Assembly (NCBI GenBank): GCA_963761335.1 | Contig: CAVXGR010000012.1 | Location: 640,001 to 704,000, forward strand | Direction of reading: 5' to 3' | DNA: 64,000 bases | From: an uncultured delta proteobacterium | GTDB taxonomy: Bacteria > Desulfobacterota > Binatia > HRBIN30 > BPIQ01 | Shown: one piece after another, positions 24,256-33,768 of the stretch | Layout of the letters: the number at the start of each line of letters is the position of its first letter | How positions within the stretch are numbered: position 1 is the first letter of the stretch | Notes under the pieces: generated by a model | What the model was told of the DNA's origin: nothing | The model's database searches: none | Seen by the model: only the letters and a program-made list of their open reading frames with translations | Position numbers and translations under genes: made by a program

Positions 24256-25866
24256 TCGCCCCGCGCGGCCGGGCTGCACGGCGGCAACGAAATGCAGATC
24301 GGGGAAGCTCTCGAGGGCGCGGCGGAGGCGGAAGTCGTTGGGGAAGAGCGCCAGCGGGCGCTGCTCGACGTCGAGGAGGCAGGTGGCGCCGCTCTGGCGC
24401 TCGAACTCGTCGGCGTCGAAGGCGTCGCCCTCCACCCAGCGGGCGTGCTGGAAGGAGAGGCGCTCGAAGCGCACCTCGACGTTGTACTCCTCCTTCAGGC
24501 GGTAGCGGATCACGTCGAACTGCAGGAGCCCGACGGCGCCCAGGATCGGATCGCGCTCCAGGCGGTGGCGATCGAAGAACACCTGCACGGCGCCCTCCTC
24601 GGAGAGCTGGTCGAGGCCCTTCTTGAGCTGCTTGCGCTTGAACGGCTCGGTGAGCTGCACGCGCACGAAGTGCTCGGGCGAGAAGCGGGGAATGCCGGCG
24701 AAGCTCACCGAGGCATCCTCGGAGAGCGTGTCGCCGATGCGCAGCAGTCCCGGGTCCCACAGACCGATGATGTCGCCGGCGAAGGCTTCCTCGATGAGGG
24801 TGCGCTCCTGGGCGCGCAGCTGCACCGAGCGGCTCAGCGACAGCGGCTTGCCGGTGCGCACGTGGATGACCTCCATGCCGCGGCGAAAGCGGCCGGAGCA
24901 GATGCGCACGAAGGCGATGCGGTCGCGGTGCAGCGGATCCATGTTCGCCTGGATCTTGAAGACGAAGCCGGAGAAGAACGGCGCCTCCGGCGACACCTCG
25001 ACGCCGTCCGTCGGCCGCGGCCGCGGCGGCGGCGCCAGCTCGAGGAAGCGATCCAGAAACGGCTCGACGCCGAAGTTGGTGAGGGCGCTGCCGAAGAACA
25101 CCGGCGTCAGGTGCCCGGCGGCGAAGGCGGCGGCGTCGAAGCCGGTGCCGGCGCCGTGCAGCAGCGCCAGCTCCTCGGTGAGCTGTCGGTGCGCCGGCTC
25201 GCCGATCGACTGGCGCAGCGCCGCGTCCTCGAGGCTGGCCACCCGCATCGACGCCTTGCGCGCCCCCGACTCGGCGCGCTCGAAGCGCAGCAGCTGTTGC
25301 CCCCAGCGGTCGTAGACTCCCTGAAACGACGGCCCCGAGCCGATCGGCCAGTTGGCCGGCGTGCAGGGAATGCCGAGCACGCGCTCGACCTCGTCGAGCA
25401 GATCGAGCGGCTCGCGCCCGTGCCGGTCCATCTTGTTGATGAAGGTGACGATCGGCAGCTGGCGCATGCGGCAGACCTCGAAGAGCTTGATGGTCTGCGG
25501 CTCGACGCCCTTGGCGCTGTCGATGAGCATGATCGCCGAGTCGGCCGCCGCCAGGGTGCGATAGGTGTCCTCGCTGAAGTCGTTGTGGCCGGGGGTGTCG
25601 AGCAGGTTCAGATGGTGCCCGCGATAGGGGAACTGCATGACGCTGGTGGAGATGGAGATGCCGCGCTCGCGCTCGAGCGCCATCCAGTCGCTGGTGGCGT
25701 AGCGCTCGGCGCGCCGCTGCTTCACCGAGCCGGCGAGGCGCACGGCGCCGCCGTAGAGAAGCAGCTTCTCGGTGAGCGTCGTCTTGCCGGCGTCGGGGTG
25801 CGAGATGATGGCGAAGGTGCGCCGGCGAGAGATCTCGCCGTTCCGTTTGTCGGCTGTGTCGTTCAT
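24253..25866 (-). CDS. prfC: Peptide chain release factor 3
   Basis: RRRTFAIISHPDAGKTTLTEKLLL, SDWMALERERGIS, DFSEDTYR, FKIQANMDP.HRDR. Confidence 0.96.
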   Translation of the reverse strand: MNDTADKRNGEISRRRTFAIISHPDAGKTTLTEKLLLYGGAVRLAGSVKQRRAERYATSDWMALERERGISISTSVMQFPYRGHHLNLLDTPGHNDFSEDTYRTLAAADSAIMLIDSAKGVEPQTIKLFEVCRMRQLPIVTFINKMDRHGREPLDLLDEVERVLGIPCTPANWPIGSGPSFQGVYDRWGQQLLRFERAESGARKASMRVASLEDAALRQSIGEPAHRQLTEELALLHGAGTGFDAAAFAAGHLTPVFFGSALTNFGVEPFLDRFLELAPPPRPRPTDGVEVSPEAPFFSGFVFKIQANMDPLHRDRIAFVRICSGRFRRGMEVIHVRTGKPLSLSRSVQLRAQERTLIEEAFAGDIIGLWDPGLLRIGDTLSEDASVSFAGIPRFSPEHFVRVQLTEPFKRKQLKKGLDQLSEEGAVQVFFDRHRLERDPILGAVGLLQFDVIRYRLKEEYNVEVRFERLSFQHARWVEGDAFDADEFERQSGATCLLDVEQRPLALFPNDFRLRRALESFPDLHFVAAVQPGRAGR

Positions 25867-25966
25867 GCAGGGGAGAGGGAGGGGTCCGTTGGGGATCAGG
25901 TGTATTGTGGGGACGCCGGCAGCGAAGTCAACGCGAGGTGTTGAGGTTTGCTCGCGGGCGCGGGTT

Positions 25967-26150
25967 CCCTCTCCCGCATTGTCTGCGGGAGAGGGTCAGG
26001 GTGAGGGTGCCGCAAAAATCGTGGACTTTCAATGAGGAAGAAGCCCCTCACCTTGATCCTCTCCCCGCGAAAAGAATGCGGGGAGAGGAGACCCTTGCGC
26101 GAGGCGACGGGAGATAATTGCAGAGTCGGACCGGCAAACTAGGACAGTGC
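25967..26150. repeat. Family B inverted hairpin doublet plus TTGCAGAGTCGGACCGGCAAAC tail
   Basis: Arms at 25967-26007 and 26044-26088; same arrangement at 29446-29645 and 53868-54112. Confidence 0.85.
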
Positions 26151-26151
26151 A

Positions 26152-26243
26152 GGTTGCTGGTTGTTGGGTTGTTGGGTTGTTAGGATGCGGGACGGACCGG
26201 ATTTCCTCACCAACAACCTGACAACCTGACAACCCAACAACCT
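26152..26243. repeat. Inverted GGTTGTT/ACAACC short-tandem repeats (family H)
   Basis: GGTTGTTG units facing ACAACCTG units; also near 29325, 30360, 48580 and 55458. Confidence 0.7.
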
Positions 26244-26285
26244 GCCCCGTGACCGCGGCGCCGAGGCGCGCTATAAGGGCTCGCC

Positions 26286-27539
26286 ATGTCCCAACCAGAA
26301 GACACCACCACCAAGAACGAGTCGCCGGCGCCAAGCCCGGAGCCCCAGGAACAGAGCTTCGCGGCGCTGCTCGCCGAGAGCGAGGCGGGGGAGCCGCAGC
26401 GACAGCGAATTGCGGCCGGCGAAGCCATCAACGGCCGCGTCATCGCCGTCGGCGACTCCGCCGCCTTCGTCGAGATCGGCGGCAAGGTCGAGGCGGTCAT
26501 CGACCTCGCCGAGTTCCGCGATCCCGGCAGCGGCGAGCTGCGCATCCAGGTCGGCGACCGCATCGAGGCCACCGTGATCGACGACGGCGGCGGCTCCGGA
26601 ACCGTCGTCCTCAAGCGCGCCTTCGGCCGCGGCGGCCACGTCTCCGGCGAGATCGAGCAGGCGCTCGCCCACGGCATCGGCATCGAGGGGCTGGTGAGCG
26701 GCGAGAACAAGGGCGGCTTCGACGTGCAGATCGGTGCGGCGCGCGCCTTCTGCCCCGGATCGCAGATGGATCGCCGCCGCGGACCCGCCGAGCAGTACGT
26801 CGGCCAACGCCTCCTCTTCCGGGTCACCAAGATCGAGAACGGCGGCCGCAACATCGTCGTCTCCCGCCGCCAGCTCCTCGAGGAGGAGTCGGCGGCTCAG
26901 GCGGCCGCCACCCTCGAGCGCCTCGCGGTCGGCGCCGTCACCAGCGGCACGGTCACCTCGGTGCGCGACTTCGGCGCCTTCGTCGACCTCGGCGGCATCG
27001 AGGGAATGGTCCACGTCAGCGAGCTCGCCCACGGCCGCGTCGAGCACCCCTCGCAGGTGCTGCAACCGGGACAGGAGGTCGAGGTCAAGGTCGTGCGCAT
27101 GGACGAGGACCCGAAGAGCGGCCGGCCGCGCATCGCCCTCTCCATGCGCGCCCTCGCCGCCGATCCCTGGAGCAGCGCCGCGGAGCGCTTCCCGGTGGGC
27201 AGCACGGCCTCGGGAACGGTGCGCCGCCTGGAGGGCTTCGGCGCCTTCGTCGAGCTCGCCCCCGGCCTCGAAGGCCTGGTGCACGTCTCCAAGATGGCCC
27301 TCGACCGCCGCGTCGCCCACCCCCGCCAGGTGGTCAACGTCGGCGACCCGGTGCAGGTCACGGTCACCGCCGTCGACCCGGGGCAGCGCCGCATGAGCCT
27401 GTCGATGGTCGAGCAGGCGCGCCGCGAGCGCGACGGCGGCGAGGCGACCCAGCGCGTCGAGGAGCAGGCGGCGGTGGCCCAGGTCAACCGCGCCAAGAGC
27501 CTGGGAACCTTCGCCGACCTGCTGAAGAAGGACCGCTGA
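26286..27539 (+). CDS. S1 RNA-binding domain protein (short RpsA-like, about four S1 domains)
   Basis: SFAALL N-terminus, AFCPGSQ, FGAFVDLGGIEGMVHVSEL, FGAFVELAPGLEGLVHVS, LGTFADLLK. Confidence 0.88.
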   Translation: MSQPEDTTTKNESPAPSPEPQEQSFAALLAESEAGEPQRQRIAAGEAINGRVIAVGDSAAFVEIGGKVEAVIDLAEFRDPGSGELRIQVGDRIEATVIDDGGGSGTVVLKRAFGRGGHVSGEIEQALAHGIGIEGLVSGENKGGFDVQIGAARAFCPGSQMDRRRGPAEQYVGQRLLFRVTKIENGGRNIVVSRRQLLEEESAAQAAATLERLAVGAVTSGTVTSVRDFGAFVDLGGIEGMVHVSELAHGRVEHPSQVLQPGQEVEVKVVRMDEDPKSGRPRIALSMRALAADPWSSAAERFPVGSTASGTVRRLEGFGAFVELAPGLEGLVHVSKMALDRRVAHPRQVVNVGDPVQVTVTAVDPGQRRMSLSMVEQARRERDGGEATQRVEEQAAVAQVNRAKSLGTFADLLKKDR

Positions 27540-27555
27540 GCGAGGAGGAGACGAG

Positions 27556-28362
27556 GTGCTGCAACGCCCGGACATCGACGCCCACCTCGAGCGCCTCCGC
27601 CGCGACGGCTACACCATCGTCGAGAACGCCATCGAGGCGGATCTGCTCGCCGGCCTGCTCGACGACCTGCGCCGGCTCGAGGAGCAGCTGCAGGTGAAGC
27701 CCGCCGGCAACCCCTTCGAAGGCACCCGCACGCTGCGCATCTACAACCTCCTGGTGCACGGCCCGCTCTACGAGAGGATCCCGGTGCACGACAGCGTCCT
27801 CCCCATCGTCGACGGGGTGCTCGACCCCGGATGCCTGGTGTCGTCGCTGTCCTCGATCGACATCCTCCCGGGCGAGCAGGCGCAGCCGATTCACGCCGAC
27901 GATCAGCTCTTCCCGGTGCGCAAGCCGCACGCGCCCTTCGTCTGCAACACCATGTGGGCGCTGACCGACTTCACCGAAGAGAACGGCGCCACCCGCATCA
28001 TCCCCGGCTCGCACCTGGCGGACCAGTCGCCGGTGTTCGGACAGGCCTACGACAGCATCGCCGCCGAGATGCGGCGCGGCAGCGTCCTCGTCTGGCACGG
28101 CAGCCTCTGGCACGGCGGCGGCGCCAACCGCACCGGCGAACCGCGCCTCGGCGTCGCCATGAACTACTGCGCCGGCTACGTGCGCCAGCAGGAGAACCAG
28201 CAGCTCGGCATTCCCCGCGACCTGGCCCGCGGCTTCTCGCCGCGCCTCCAGGAGCTGATCGGCTACGGCGTCTACAGCGGCCTCATCGGCCACATCGACA
28301 AGCACAGCCCCATCGAGCTCCTCGGCGACGCGGAGGGCAGCAGGATGGTCTGGGACGTGTGA
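27556..28362 (+). CDS. Phytanoyl-CoA dioxygenase family Fe(II)/2OG oxygenase
   Basis: QPIHADD, ALTDFTEENGATRIIPGSH, LWHGGGAN. Confidence 0.9.
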   Translation: MLQRPDIDAHLERLRRDGYTIVENAIEADLLAGLLDDLRRLEEQLQVKPAGNPFEGTRTLRIYNLLVHGPLYERIPVHDSVLPIVDGVLDPGCLVSSLSSIDILPGEQAQPIHADDQLFPVRKPHAPFVCNTMWALTDFTEENGATRIIPGSHLADQSPVFGQAYDSIAAEMRRGSVLVWHGSLWHGGGANRTGEPRLGVAMNYCAGYVRQQENQQLGIPRDLARGFSPRLQELIGYGVYSGLIGHIDKHSPIELLGDAEGSRMVWDV

Positions 28363-28379
28363 GGCGGCGGACCGCCTTC

Positions 28380-28506
28380 CTCATTCTCATTCCGTCGTTC
28401 CCGGTTCTCATGCCGTCGTTTTCCATTTCTTCGAGCGGCGCGGGAATCCCCGTGGCGTTCACTGCAATGGAAAACGACGGCATGAGAACCGGGAATGAGA
28501 ACCGGA
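28380..28506. repeat. Family G inverted repeat (ATGGAAAACGACGGCATGAGAACCGGG)
   Basis: Inverted arms around a short spacer; also 39671-39801 and 32414-32490. Confidence 0.8.
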
Positions 28507-28522
28507 GACGGACCGCCAACCC

Positions 28523-29317
28523 ATGAACCATTTTCTGATCACCAACGACGACGGCATCGACTCTCCCATGCTGGTGCCGCTGGCGCGGGCGGTGAGCCGG
28601 CTCGGATCGATCCGCGTCGTGGTTCCGGAGAGCGAGCGCAGCTGGGTGGCGAAGGCCATCACCCGCTTCGATCCGGTGGGCGTCGACCGCCGCGAGCGCG
28701 ACGGCATTCCCATGTACGCGGTGAGCGGCACGCCGGCCGACTGCGTCAGCCTCGGCGTGCACACGCTCGGCGGCGGCGACCCCCCGCACGCGGTGGTCTC
28801 CGGCATCAATCTGGGCCTCAACTACGGGCTCGCCTTCCTGCTGTCGAGCGGCACCGTCGGCGGCGCCCTCGAGGCGTGGATCGCCGGGGTGCCGGCGATC
28901 GCCTTCTCGATGGCGATTCCCCAGGATGCCTTCGGCCTCACCGGGGCGCACCGCAGCGCCGCCCTCGGCGGGCGACCGCCGCTCGCCGCCGCGGTTGCCG
29001 CCGACATCCTCGAATCGATCCTCGACAGCGGCGCCGGCCGCGCCGCCGACCTCATCTCGGTCAACCTGCCCGCCGACGTCGACATGCAGACGCCGCGGGT
29101 GGTGACCCGGCTGACGCGCTGCCGCTACGGGCCGCTCTTCGTCCCCGGTCCGGACGGCGGCTACCTGCACCGCTTCCAGAAGCTGCTGCCGCTCGAGTCG
29201 CCCGTCGACGGCGACATCGAGGTCGTCGGCCGCGGCGCCGTCTCCATCAACCCGCTGCGCCTCGATCTCTCCGCCGACCTCGCGGAGCCGCTGCGCCGCC
29301 GCCTCGAGCGCCGATAA
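28523..29317 (+). CDS. surE: 5'/3'-nucleotidase SurE
   Basis: LITNDDGI, SGTPADCV, VVSGINLG.N, SGTVGGALE. Confidence 0.93.
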   Translation: MNHFLITNDDGIDSPMLVPLARAVSRLGSIRVVVPESERSWVAKAITRFDPVGVDRRERDGIPMYAVSGTPADCVSLGVHTLGGGDPPHAVVSGINLGLNYGLAFLLSSGTVGGALEAWIAGVPAIAFSMAIPQDAFGLTGAHRSAALGGRPPLAAAVAADILESILDSGAGRAADLISVNLPADVDMQTPRVVTRLTRCRYGPLFVPGPDGGYLHRFQKLLPLESPVDGDIEVVGRGAVSINPLRLDLSADLAEPLRRRLERR

Positions 29318-29445
29318 AGCAGGGTGTTAGGGTGTTGGTTGGTTATTGGGTTGTTGACCCCGAGCCCGAGTAGTGTCCTATTTTGGGAATGCACCCCGTT
29401 GACAACGACTGCCCGTCGATTTTCACGCCGCTGCGGGCGCGGGTT

Positions 29446-29645
29446 CCCTCTCCCGCATTGTTTCGCGGGAGAGGGACAGGGTGAGGGTTCCAATCTTCTT
29501 GAACGCCGCAGAAATCGTGAACTTTCAGTGACGAAGAAGCCCCTCACCTTGATCCTCTCCCCGCGAAAAGAATGCGGGGAGAGGAGACCCTTCCGCGAGG
29601 CGGGCGGGAGACAATTGCAGAGTCGGACCGGCAAACTAGGACACT
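29446..29645. repeat. Family B doublet with tail
   Basis: Nearly identical to 53868-54058. Confidence 0.85.
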
Positions 29646-29668
29646 ACCCGACCCCGAGGGGGAGGCAG

Positions 29669-29769
29669 CAAAAGGAGCCTGTCCCCCGCAAAGGGGACTG
29701 GCTCCTTTTCGGCGCAGGGACGCTCCACTGAAGCAGTCGACCTTCGCTGCCGAAAAGGTGCCTGTCCCC
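29669..29769. repeat. Family J arms (AAAAGGAGCCTGTCCCC / GGGGACTGGCTCCTTTT / AAAAGGTGCCTGTCCCC), uninterrupted
   Basis: 29746-29769 reads GGGGACAGGCACCTTTTCGGCAGC on the minus strand. Confidence 0.75.
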
Positions 29770-30132
29770 GGCCGTTCACCGACCTCGCGGAGCCGATGCG
29801 CCGCCGCCTCGAGCGCCGATAAAGCAGGGTGTTAGGGTGTTGGTTGTTAGGTTGTTGACCCCGATGGGGGAGGCAGCAAAAGGAGCCTGTTCCCCCGTCC
29901 CGGCGCTCCGATCAACCCAACGACCAGCCAACACCCGGACGGGGCGAACGGACGCTAACACCGCTGCCAGTCGTCGTTGTTGGCTTGCAACGCGCCGGCG
30001 CCGACTCGGTCCATACAGGTGGGACATCGCCGAAGAGCCGCTTCGGGGCGAACCCCCTAACGCAAAACATTCAGGGATCGAGGACGCAGCGTGAGAGATT
30101 TATCGACTCTCGGGTATGACCCAGGCGAACGC

Positions 30133-30286
30133 TCACCGATCCTCTCCCCGCGGAAAGATCCGGGGAGAGGAGACTTCGCCCAGCGGCGCGGAAGTAACAC
30201 TCGCAAACGTCTGATCGGGGGAATCCAGGACGCCTCCATTTTCATCGTCTACTGGTGAGCCGCAAGGCTCATGACGCACTGTCCCC
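30133..30286 (-). mobile_element. Degenerate partial element M
   Basis: Reverse complement of GGGGACAG|TGCGTCATGAGCCTTGCGGCTCACCAGTAGACGATGAAAATGG followed by a family B hairpin. Confidence 0.7.
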
Positions 30287-30959
30287 CGCTGCCCCGCCGC
30301 CTCGAGCGCCGACAAAGCAGGGTGTTGGGGGCGGGAGCGGGCCGTCCCGACGGTCCGACAGCCCAACAACCTAACAACCTAACACCCTGCCGTTGTCGTT
30401 TTGGCTTGCAAGCTCGGGGCCGCCGGTCCATATAAGGGGCAATCCCGGAATGAGGGGAATCCCGGAAGACAAATCGCGCGAACCCCTAAGCAAAATACTC
30501 AGGGACCGAAGATTCTGCTTGAAAAACTTATCGACTCTCGCATACGATCCGTGCGAAGTACCGAAAAAGGTGGGGGAATCAATTAAAGAGCTGCTGATGC
30601 GAAGTGCGCCTGAAATGAATCGGGGCGGCAGCTCATTCCCTCGGGGTCGACATTGTCGCGGCAGGAGGGAGCACGCCAATGGAGATGAGAAACATGTGGA
30701 GCGGTCGAGCGCCTCCGAGAGGTTCCTTGCAATGAGCGGGGGTAGTCAGGAACCCGTAGCCGCCGATGGTCTCCCGTGGGGGGAAGGAGGAAGGCCAGGA
30801 TTCTCATCTAGCGTGGCTGGCAACTGGGTACGAAGAGAGCTCTATGGAGCCCGTTCAACCTCCTCGGAAGACATGCGCTGATCCGGCATGTGCTTCCGTG
30901 CGGGCAAACTTCAAACCATCATCAGCAAACGGTTCGAAACTCGAAGGAGAAAAAATCCA

Positions 30960-32310
30960 ATGATGTTCAGACGAATTCTTCTCGTGAGCGTGGCGGCCCT
31001 GTTCGCCGTCGCGATTACCAGTCCCGTTACGCCGGGGCAACCAAGGTGCAGGGCAACCTCGTTCATTCGCCCACCGTTCTCGACGCGGGCTCCGACCTGA
31101 GCTGCCGCCGTTGGCGACGGACGGCATCAACGACGCGCCCGCCGTCCCCGGCGCCACTGGCTGCCCTCTGCCCGGGCATCGGCGCCTGCGCCGCCGATCC
31201 CAACATCACCTGCTCGCTTGCGCCCGGCAGCGCAGCCAATCCGTTCGATACGGCACCTGCCCGCCGTCGGGCGGCGCCTGCGGCGGTCCGCCGTCTCTCG
31301 CCTCGACCGAGACATGCTGCGTCGAGGCGCTCACCGGTCCGGACGGCGTGACCGCGGCTGACGATCCGGCCATTGCCCAGCTCATCGACGGCAAGGGCAA
31401 GTTCCAGATCCAGATCAAGGGAACGAAGGACGCCGCCAACGGCCTGAAGGCTGCGGTCAAGTGCCAGGCCAAGGACGTCTACGATCTCGCGACCGGGTCA
31501 GTGAAGCAAAACACCGATCAGAACACGGACGCCAGCCATAACGCGCTCGGCACCTGCCAGGGCGGCCCCAATGATGGCAACGCGTGCAAGAAGGCCAGTG
31601 ACTGCAAGGACAGCTCAAATCCGAAGGCCGTGTACTTCTGCACCGACGGCGACGAGTACAACTGCACCATCGACGGCCTCATCGAGTCGAACTCGGACAA
31701 CAGTCCGGCCTGCGGCGGGCCCTGCGTTGCCGGTTGCTGGCCGGCCGCCTACCTTGCGGCACCGCCGGCGTGGCGCTCTGCGCCGTGGCGCCTGCACGGC
31801 GGCCCCCGCGACGGGCAGCCCTGTGACATCCTCGGCACCCTTTCCTGCTCTCCTGGTACCGCCTGCTTTGCCGACGGCACCAACACGGTGACCCTGACCG
31901 GCGACGAGGCCGGCTTTGCGGCGCCTTCGTCTGCTTTCACTGCCCTCGGCGAACCAAGCCTGTCTCCTCTGCCCGACGATGTTCCAGCTCGGCTACCCGA
32001 TGGAGCTCAAGAACGGCAGCGGCTCGGTGAAGGTCGACCTGGCGCAGCCGCCTCTGAGCGTCTGCATCCCGGCTAACACCAGCACGCAGCTGCTCGGCGT
32101 GGCTCTCCACGAGCCGTCCGCTGATCCCAACACGCTGGCCACCTCGGATCTCGCCCGCTGGGCTTCATCGAGCAGTGGCGCCCCACCACCAGCACCTACG
32201 GCATCCCCTGCCCCGGCGCGACTCTGCCGCTGCCGGGCTCGGCCACCGGTCTGCCGACCCTGACCGGCGTCGGTCCCGTCATCGGCGTCGCCGGCGGTCT
32301 GGCGCAGTAA
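30960..32310 (+). CDS. Cys-rich secreted protein, paralog 1 (several frameshifts)
   Basis: AAGGAG RBS; signal peptide then GATKVQGNLV; ETCCVEALTGPDG, GTCQGGPNDG, DEYNCTIDG; colinear with 33769-35064. Confidence 0.75.
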
Positions 32311-32348
32311 CCACCATCAGCCTCCGCAACAGCGGAGCGAAGCAAGGA

Positions 32349-32382
32349 AGGGGCGGTCCTCAGGGACCGCCCCTTTTCTTTT
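32349..32382 (+). terminator. Rho-independent terminator
   Basis: AAGGGGCGGTCC-TCAG-GGACCGCCCCTT followed by T tract. Confidence 0.8.
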
Positions 32383-32508
32383 GTCCTCGGAGCGCCGGGA
32401 GTGAAGAAGAAGAAATGGAAAACGACGGAATGAGAACCGGGAACGAGAACCGGGAATGCCCCGGCCCCCCGCCGTTCTCCATTCCGTCGGCGTGCCGGCC
32501 GGGGACAG

Positions 32509-33361
32509 TGCGTCATGAGCCTGCGGCTCACCAACAGGCGATGAAAATGGACGGCGTCCTGATTCACCGATCAGACCTTCCGATGATACTTCCGCGCCGC
32601 GGGGGCGGGTCTCCTCTCCCCGCATCTTTCCGCGGGGAGAGGATCAAGGTGAGGGGTTCCTGTCTCACTGAAAGCTCGTGAATTTCCACGGCCTTCACAG
32701 AGATCGGCACCCTCACCCTGACCCTCTCCCGCCAAGTAATGCGGGAGAGGGAACGCGCCCCCGAAGCGCACACCCAACAGATTTTCGAAGCAGTGCGTCA
32801 TGAGCCTTGCGGCTCACCAACAGACGATGAAAATGGACGGCGTCCTGATTCACCGATCAGACGCTTGCGATGATACTTCCGCGCCGCGGGGGCGGGTCTC
32901 CTCTCCCCGCATCTTTCCGCGGGGAGAGGATCAAGGTGAGGGGTTCCTGTCTCACTGAAAGCTCGTGAATCTCCACGGCCTTCACAGAGATCGGCACCCT
33001 CACCCTGACCCTCTCCCGCCAAGTAATGCGGGAGAGGGAACGCGCCCCCGAAGCGCACACCCAACAGATTTTCGAAGCAGCGCGTCATGAGCCTTGCGGC
33101 TCACCAGCAGACGATGAAAATGGACGGCGTCCTGATTCACGACAGACGCTTCGATGATACTTCCGCGCCGCGGGGGCGGGTCTCCTCTCCCCGCATCTTT
33201 CCGCGGGGAGAGGATCAAGGTGAGGGGTTCCTGTCTCACTGAAAGCTCATGAATCTCCACGGCCCTCACAGAGATCGGCACCCTCACCCTGACCCTCTCC
33301 CGCCAAGTAATGCGGGAGAGGGAACCCTCCCCCGAAGCGCACACCCAACAGATTTTCGAAG
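32509..33361 (+). mobile_element. Head-to-tail trimer of element M (units 32509-32790, 32794-33077, 33081-33361) separated by CAG
   Basis: Three near-identical ~282-bp units, each with two family B hairpins; flanked by GGGGACAG and CAGGCACCTTTTCGGCAGC. Confidence 0.85.
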
Positions 33362-33768
33362 CAGGCACCTTTTCGGCAGCCGAGGCCGAAGGCTAAAAAA
33401 AGGAGCCAGCCCCCTTGTGGGCCCAGCCATCAGCGATGCTTCTCCGGCACGCCCCGCTGATCAGAGCAGCCCGATACCGACGCGCATAAGCGTCCGATAA
33501 CGGAAGACCGGCCCTTCAGCATCAGCTGACCCTGTCCCCCCACCGGCTCTGAATGAAAAAACCTAAGCAATTCCGATAGTCAATTGAAACCTAGGGAAAA
33601 CCCCGCATAGCATGATCTCAATACCTGCGCGGAGGGGGCCGCCGCCCCCTTCAAAAGTCCGCCAATGCAAATCTCGCTCAAGATCATCTCGCGCGACCGC
33701 GCGCCGCCCCTCTGGTTGCCGGCTATCGCCCCGGACGACCATTCTAACGAGGAGGGAGAGAGATCCTT

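Noticed and set aside
30880..30950. c-di-GMP-I riboswitch upstream of Cys-rich paralog 1
   Set aside because: Only GGGCAAAC matches; no convincing paired stems or second conserved motif
32564..33368. Repeated small ORFs (RERVRVRV, PLTLILSP peptides)
   Set aside because: Translations of family B repeats that recur wherever the repeat occurs; no coding evidence
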